A DNA stretch of 64,000 bases, from contig OY781964.1 in the NCBI GenBank assembly GCA_963677485.1, positions 2,571,288 to 2,635,287 of the forward strand, given 5' to 3'. This DNA comes from Armatimonadota bacterium (lineage in GTDB: Bacteria; Armatimonadota; HRBIN16). The notes beneath the pieces are model-generated. The model was given only the letters and a program-made list of their open reading frames with translations. It made no database searches and was not told the DNA's origin. Shown here in pieces: positions 58,771 through 64,000 of the stretch; within the stretch, counting starts at the first letter, position 1, and every line of letters starts with the position of its first letter. Made by a program: the position numbers and the translations under genes.

Positions 58771-60159
58771 ATGGACATTAATAGCCGAGTTCACTTCATG
58801 GGCATTGGCGGAATCGGAATGAGCGGAATCGCACAGATGCTCTACAAACAGGGATGGAAAATCTCAGGCTGCGACGCCTATGATACCGAAATGGTGAAAC
58901 GCCTGCGTGCCATAGGCATCCCTGTGAGCGTTGGACATCAGCCTGAACATATCGATGAGGTTGACGCGCTTGTGATCACCGCTGCGATCAAGCATGATAA
59001 CCCCGAGCTTTTGGCCGCCCAAGCGGCTGGAGTGCAGATACTGCGCCGGTCTGAGGCGCTTGATCTGCTCATGCGCTCGCAGCAGGGGCTGGCAGTCACC
59101 GGCACCCATGGCAAGACCACTACCACCGGTATGTTGTCAGCCGTGCTTGAGGGAGCTGATCTGGACCCCTCGGTAGTGATTGGCGGTGATGTCCGGCGAT
59201 ATGGGGGAAACTGGCGACTTGGCTCTGGACAGTATGTGGCTGTTGAAGCGTGCGAGGCGTACGGATCATTTTTAGACCTGCATCCATTTGCGGCCATCGT
59301 CACCAATGTAGAGGCCGACCATCTCGATTACTATCATACCGAGCAAAACATGATGGAGGCCTACCGCACATTCCTGAGTCAAGTCAGCCCCGATGGAGTG
59401 ATCGTGGTGCCCTCTGAGGATGCAAAGGCGGTGGCCGTCTCCGTAGACCATCCCGCCCGCATGGTGACCGTGGGTGAGAGCGAGACCTCGGATTATTGCT
59501 GGCGGCCGACCAGACAGGGTATCTGTCTGCGAGATGCGCAGATGGTGTGGCACACGATGCCCATGCACGTGTTCGGCCTGCAGAACAAAGCCGATGCCGC
59601 GTTGGCGGTTGCGATGGGGTTAGAGCTGGGGCTCACACCGGATCAGGTGGCCAATGGGCTGGCCCTGTTTCATGGCGTAGACAGACGGCAGCAATTTATC
59701 GGTCATGCTTTCGGTGTAGATGTTTATGATGACTATGCCCACCATCCCACCGAAATTGCGGCTGTGCTGAGAAGTTTCCGTGAGGTGATACAGGGACGGC
59801 TGGTGGTGGCCTTCCAGCCGCATCTCTTCAGCCGCACCGCTGACTTTTTCCAGCAGTTTGCCACTGGACTTGCGAATGGTGCCGATGAGTTGGTGCTGGT
59901 CGAAATCTACCCAGCCAGGGAACGTGCCGAAGACTTTCCTGGCATCAGCAGCTCCAGCCTGGCTGATACCGTACGGCTTGTGAAACCCTCGTTACCTGTG
60001 ACGGTGGTGGACACGCCACTTGCCGCAGCGGAGGCATTGGTAAAGCAGTTAAAGCCGACGGACACATTAGTGACACTGGGTGCTGGTGAGCTGAACCAGA
60101 CAGCGATGTGGGTATATGAGGCCTTATCGAGGGCTGAGAAGGAGAATGGCGGGTTATGA
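58771..60159 (+). CDS. murC: UDP-N-acetylmuramate--L-alanine ligase MurC
   Basis: VHFMGIGGIGMSGIA, then VTGTHGKTTTT. Confidence 0.85.
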   Translation: MDINSRVHFMGIGGIGMSGIAQMLYKQGWKISGCDAYDTEMVKRLRAIGIPVSVGHQPEHIDEVDALVITAAIKHDNPELLAAQAAGVQILRRSEALDLLMRSQQGLAVTGTHGKTTTTGMLSAVLEGADLDPSVVIGGDVRRYGGNWRLGSGQYVAVEACEAYGSFLDLHPFAAIVTNVEADHLDYYHTEQNMMEAYRTFLSQVSPDGVIVVPSEDAKAVAVSVDHPARMVTVGESETSDYCWRPTRQGICLRDAQMVWHTMPMHVFGLQNKADAALAVAMGLELGLTPDQVANGLALFHGVDRRQQFIGHAFGVDVYDDYAHHPTEIAAVLRSFREVIQGRLVVAFQPHLFSRTADFFQQFATGLANGADELVLVEIYPARERAEDFPGISSSSLADTVRLVKPSLPVTVVDTPLAAAEALVKQLKPTDTLVTLGAGELNQTAMWVYEALSRAEKENGGL

Positions 60160-61145
60160 ATGTCTGGCTGTTAATGGGCGGCGATTCGGGTGAACGTGAG
60201 ATATCGCTGAAAAGTGGTGCGAATGTCTATCAGGCATTGAAGAATCTGGGCCATGATGTCACACCGCTGGATGTGGTTTTCAACGCAGACAAGGCGTCGG
60301 AATGGGGTATCAGCAGCGACGAAACCCATGCGGTCGGCCTCGTGGAACTGGTGCAGCGCATCACAGATGCCGGTCCTGACGCCGTTTACCTCGCTTTCCA
60401 TGGCTCACCAGGTGAAGATGGTCAGATTCAAAGCGTGCTCAATCTTCTGCGGATTCCTTATACAGGCTCCGGTGTGGCGGCCAGCGCGGCTGGTATGAAC
60501 AAGATCACCACCAAACGGCTGATGGCACCCTGTGGTATGCCCATGACGCCTGATGTGGTGGTGACTGCAGCGCACATCGACTGGGAGCAGATTCATCAAG
60601 ATGTCGCCGCGTTGGGTTATCCTGTCATCATCAAACCGGTGTTGAGCGGCAGCACAGTTGGGGTCACGCGGGCATTCAATGAGGCGGAGTTAACATCGGC
60701 GGTTGAGGAGTCTCTACAGACCGGTGACACACTCATCATCGAGCCAATAGTCACGGGGGTAGAGTTGAGCACTCCTGTGATCGGCGGGATGGACCCGGAA
60801 AGGCTGCCCTCAGTTGAGATTAAGCCGCAAGGCGGATTTTACGACTTCGAGCGTAAATACACCTTGGGAGCCACCGAGGAGATCATCCCTGCCGGCATAC
60901 CGGCGGAGATCGAAGCCGAATGCCAGAGGCTATCTGCACTGGCACACAGCACCCTTGGATGTAAAGGGGTGACTCGGAGTGACTTTTTCTGGCTTCCCGA
61001 GACGAACGAGATCATATTTCTTGAGATCAACACCATTCCTGGGATGACAGTCACCTCACTGGTGCCCCGCGCAGCCCAGCATGTGGGGGTGAGCATGGAT
61101 GAACTGGTCAGCAGAATTCTTGGGATGGCCGATTTTGAACGGTAG
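60156..61145 (+). CDS. ddl: D-alanine--D-alanine ligase
   Basis: ATP-grasp fold with a Dala_Dala_lig N-domain. LEINTIPGMT motif. Confidence 0.85.
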   Translation: MNVWLLMGGDSGEREISLKSGANVYQALKNLGHDVTPLDVVFNADKASEWGISSDETHAVGLVELVQRITDAGPDAVYLAFHGSPGEDGQIQSVLNLLRIPYTGSGVAASAAGMNKITTKRLMAPCGMPMTPDVVVTAAHIDWEQIHQDVAALGYPVIIKPVLSGSTVGVTRAFNEAELTSAVEESLQTGDTLIIEPIVTGVELSTPVIGGMDPERLPSVEIKPQGGFYDFERKYTLGATEEIIPAGIPAEIEAECQRLSALAHSTLGCKGVTRSDFFWLPETNEIIFLEINTIPGMTVTSLVPRAAQHVGVSMDELVSRILGMADFER

Positions 61146-61154
61146 CTCAGGCCC

Positions 61155-62417
61155 ATGAATCAGTACGACTCTCAAGGTAAAAGGACAGGAGGCAAGCTGC
61201 CGAAACTGCGCGACACGTATGGACCTCGTCACAGGGGGAAGGATCGTGTGCTGCCAAAACGCCCGTTTAACTATGAGCCGTACTATCGGATATGTCTTGC
61301 TGTCTTGTGGATCGAGATACTGGCTGCGCTTATCACGAGCAAGGGTATGGTGGTCAGGCATGTGGATATCAGCGGTAATCGTCTGATTCAACCGCCGGCT
61401 ATCGAACGCTGTGTGGATTTTCGTACCGGCCAAAACTGGCTGTTTTGGCGGCCAGGAATACGTGAGAAACGGCTGAAGGCCTTCGCCCAGGTGAAAGACG
61501 CGACGGTCAAACACAGTTGGGTCGGCACAATCACAGTCAAAATCGAAGAGCGGAAAGCAATTGGTATACTCGTTGCGCCTTTGATCACGCCACAGGGTAA
61601 AAGATACCAGACCTATATGCTGGCATCGGATGGGGTTCTATATAACAGGCTGACCAACCCGGTCAAGCTGCCACGCGTGGAGCTTCGCGGGCCGACAGAG
61701 TTGTTTTTGGGGATGAATGTGTTTGATGGTATTAGTATCAAGCGCACCGACATCAAGAACCCCGTGGCTGTATACGAGTTGTTGACCGATAAGGAGCTGC
61801 TGAAAGGCGACCCCAGGCGAAAGATAGCCGCACTTCTCAGTAAGAAGACTCGGCACCTGTTCGACCCAGTCACCGGAAATCCAAGCAGCCTGGATGCCCG
61901 CATCAGTTTGGTCGATGACCTGAACAGCATCATCTCAAAAGGTGAGATCACGGCTGGTGGGATTTCATCTCGGGTGGAACTACCGCCAGAAATACGAAAT
62001 GATATTGATTTAAGGCCTGAGGGCAAAGAGTTAGCGGACGTCAATCGCAAGTTGCTAGAGTTCCTGTTGCCTTCACAGATTGTGAGTTCACGGATACCAG
62101 GTGATTCATTACGTGTTGCAGTCAATACGCTCACTCAGGTTCTTCCGAAATACAGATTCCGTGTGAAAAGCGTCGTGGTTGACCCTTTTGGCTTTTTATG
62201 CTTTAATATGGAATCTGGGGTGATTGTGAAACTAGGTGATGAAAACGACATGGAGGCTAAGCTGTTGATGCTCGATAAGGCACTGTGCAGTCGAGAAGGA
62301 AACACAGCGATCAAGATTGACGTGAGTGCTGTCACCGATGAAGCGGTGAAGTCTGGATCATCAGGTTACTTCACGACGCCCAGAACAGAACCAAATGTGC
62401 CAAAACAGGAGCAATAG
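61155..62417 (+). CDS. ftsQ: cell division protein FtsQ/DivIB-like (POTRA domain) with a long C-terminal extension
   Basis: Single TM (ICLAVLWIEILAALI) followed by POTRA-like VRHVDISGNRLI. It sits between ddl and ftsZ. Confidence 0.7.
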   Translation: MNQYDSQGKRTGGKLPKLRDTYGPRHRGKDRVLPKRPFNYEPYYRICLAVLWIEILAALITSKGMVVRHVDISGNRLIQPPAIERCVDFRTGQNWLFWRPGIREKRLKAFAQVKDATVKHSWVGTITVKIEERKAIGILVAPLITPQGKRYQTYMLASDGVLYNRLTNPVKLPRVELRGPTELFLGMNVFDGISIKRTDIKNPVAVYELLTDKELLKGDPRRKIAALLSKKTRHLFDPVTGNPSSLDARISLVDDLNSIISKGEITAGGISSRVELPPEIRNDIDLRPEGKELADVNRKLLEFLLPSQIVSSRIPGDSLRVAVNTLTQVLPKYRFRVKSVVVDPFGFLCFNMESGVIVKLGDENDMEAKLLMLDKALCSREGNTAIKIDVSAVTDEAVKSGSSGYFTTPRTEPNVPKQEQ

Positions 62418-62426
62418 GCCTTCCGT

Positions 62427-63203
62427 ATGAATATCTTTGCTTCCGCAATTAACGGAAATAAGTATATCGGTCCCTTGACCGCATTTGCGGTGGTATTGGG
62501 GGGGCTGATTGGTCTGTCGCTAAAAACGCAGATAAATCTGCGCCAACAAAGTTTGCCAAGCAACCGGTTCCCTGGACTGGCCAGTGCCTACCTTGATCAG
62601 CAGGATAAGTTGAAGGATGCCAATAGCGAAATCGCACGGCTGCGCATTCGCATCACCAAATACGAAAATGAGATGAGCAGTGCCTCTGGACGGGTGGAGC
62701 TGATAAATCAGTCTCTCCAGGAGGCTAAGTTCTTGTCAGGACTGACGGAAGTTCAGGGCCCTGGAGTTGAAGTGGTGTTGCAGGACAGCAAAAAGCGCAA
62801 TACAGGCATGACTGGACTGGCACTTGAGAACTATATCATACATGATGTAGATATCCAGCGAATGGTGAACGAACTGCACGCCGCAGGATGTGAGGCTGTT
62901 TCCGTGAACGGCCAGAGAGTGGTGGCGAACACGGCGATCCGGTGTGTAGGGCCAAGTATTCAGGTGAATGGAATTGCACTCTCGCCCCCTTATATCATCA
63001 AGGCGATTGGCGATTCAGAAGGTATGGCGACTGCACTAGATATGCTGGGTGGACTTATAAAGGATGTTGAGGCAGTAGATCCCTCGATGATCCAGCTTGC
63101 AAAAAAGACCACGATCGTGGTGCCGGCATACAACGGCAGCAGCGTGTTTCGGTTTGCTAAGCCAGTGAAGGCGAAAAGCGCCGAATACGAGGTTCCACAA
63201 TGA
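62427..63203 (+). CDS. DUF881 domain protein (YlxW/YlxX-like division-associated protein)
   Basis: TM segment, a coiled-coil, then GPGVEVVLQDS...IHDVDIQRMVNELHAAGCEAVSVNGQRVV...PPYIIKAIGDSEGMATAL. Confidence 0.75.
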   Translation: MNIFASAINGNKYIGPLTAFAVVLGGLIGLSLKTQINLRQQSLPSNRFPGLASAYLDQQDKLKDANSEIARLRIRITKYENEMSSASGRVELINQSLQEAKFLSGLTEVQGPGVEVVLQDSKKRNTGMTGLALENYIIHDVDIQRMVNELHAAGCEAVSVNGQRVVANTAIRCVGPSIQVNGIALSPPYIIKAIGDSEGMATALDMLGGLIKDVEAVDPSMIQLAKKTTIVVPAYNGSSVFRFAKPVKAKSAEYEVPQ

Positions 63204-63586
63204 ACTGGCTGCCAGTGATCGGCATGATCTTAGGATTTATGGTGGTGTATGCACTGCCAATTAGTGTACCTGGCGGTGTGGCTGCTTATATCAGCCTCGC
63301 CACCCTTTCCGCCATGGATACCATGCTGGGCGGTGTTCGCAGCGGCATGGAAGGCAAATTCCATGTAGATGTTTTTGCCAGCGGATTTGTAGTGAATACA
63401 CTGCTGGCAGCCTTATTAGCGTATATCGGTGACCAGATAGGTGTGGACCTGTTCCTGGCTGCCGTAGTTGCTTTGGGTGGACGTATGTTCTTGAACCTGT
63501 CGCTCATCCGGCGTTTTTGGTTGACACAGCGTTCGATGGTAAAACAGCAGCGCGAGATGGAGCAGAGTACTCCACCCATGCGCTAA
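63200..63586 (+). CDS. small basic protein Sbp (DUF1290) homolog
   Basis: 128 aa, three TM segments. ATGA overlap with the upstream gene. Its position between DUF881 and ftsZ mirrors Firmicutes. Confidence 0.65.
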   Translation: MNWLPVIGMILGFMVVYALPISVPGGVAAYISLATLSAMDTMLGGVRSGMEGKFHVDVFASGFVVNTLLAALLAYIGDQIGVDLFLAAVVALGGRMFLNLSLIRRFWLTQRSMVKQQREMEQSTPPMR

Positions 63587-63631
63587 CGAGATGCGAAAAC
63601 ACTTTGAGATGTCGGAGGACTGGAGATTACC

Positions 63632-64000
63632 ATGACTAAAGATGCCAAGATAACTGTGGTCGGCGTAGGCGGCGGTGGAACAAACGCTGTCAATCGCATG
63701 ATCGAAGCAGGCCTGATCGGAGTCGAATTCTGTGTGATGAACTCAGAATTACAGGCTCTGGATAACAGCCCAGCAGAAAAAAAGCTGCAACTGGGACCAG
63801 AAACCACCCGCGGTTTGGGAGCCGGGGGCAACCCTGACACCGGAGCCCGCGCCGCTGAGGAAAGCCGCAGCGAGATCGGTAAGATGCTTGAGGGTTCCCA
63901 ACTGGTGTTCATCAGCGCAGGAATGGGCGGAGGCACCGGAACAGGTGCTGCGCCTATGGTGGCCAACATCGCCAGGCAAGCAAAAGCACTGACGGTGGCC
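63632..64000 (+). CDS. ftsZ: cell division protein FtsZ (N-terminal 123 aa; continues beyond the window)
   Basis: RBS GGAGGA. ITVVGVGGGGTNAVNRM is the tubulin/FtsZ GTP-binding motif, followed by GLGAGGNPD and FISAGMGGGTGTGAAP. Confidence 0.9.
   Translation, partial: MTKDAKITVVGVGGGGTNAVNRMIEAGLIGVEFCVMNSELQALDNSPAEKKLQLGPETTRGLGAGGNPDTGARAAEESRSEIGKMLEGSQLVFISAGMGGGTGTGAAPMVANIARQAKALTVA

Overview
This 64-kb window comes from a moderately GC-rich bacterium, and I cannot place its lineage with confidence from the sequence alone. A secreted pilin-like protein with the H-X9-DG motif, a dockerin protein, many glycoside hydrolases, and an ftsQ–DUF881–sbp–ftsZ order without ftsA hint at Armatimonadota or a PVC-like lineage.

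What the window contains, in order:
- About 1–4.4 kb: an IS110-family insertion sequence (DEDD transposase) with a roughly 590-bp AT-rich non-coding 5' region, beside a GH43-like gene and hypothetical genes.
- About 4.4–8.9 kb: a URO-D-family gene, then a minus-strand operon of recQ, a ComFC-like phosphoribosyltransferase segment and dprA. The PRTase segment is in the same frame as recQ, separated only by one TAG codon, and it overlaps the dprA start.
- About 9–17.4 kb: a DUF302 protein, a zinc-ribbon protein, and a carbohydrate-active cluster: a GH3 beta-glucosidase with a PA14 insert, an SGNH esterase, a GH5-like protein, and a surface protein with five IPT/TIG repeats plus a dockerin.
- About 17.7–30.6 kb: the H-X9-DG pilin-like protein, a membrane protein, a GH36 alpha-galactosidase, a YgjP/DUF45 hydrolase, an ABC ATPase, a secreted two-repeat protein, a truncated ATPase fragment, a serpin, and an orphan multi-sensor histidine kinase.
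- About 30.9–36.2 kb: a UvrD-family helicase with a one-base frameshift in its P-loop, divergent from a tandem metallo-beta-lactamase-fold hydrolase.
- About 36.7–43.5 kb: five paralogous membrane proteins in tandem. Their C-termini resemble M48/HtpX peptidases but lack the HEXXH motif and the Glu zinc ligand, and the paralogs are interleaved with miniature inverted-repeat transposable elements (MITEs).
- About 44–47 kb: a secreted hypothetical protein and an M42 aminopeptidase.
- 47.2 kb to the window end: a complete division/cell-wall (dcw) cluster, mraZ-rsmH-ftsL-ftsI-murE-murF-mraY-murD-ftsW-murG-murC-ddl-ftsQ-DUF881-sbp-ftsZ (partial), with MraZ-box-like repeats upstream.

At least three families of MITE-like or structured repeats are scattered through the intergenic regions.

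The most notable candidates for something undescribed are the RecQ–ComFC-like–DprA module and the array of five M48-like pseudo-peptidases bracketed by MITEs. All calls rest on motif recognition by eye; no database searches were run.
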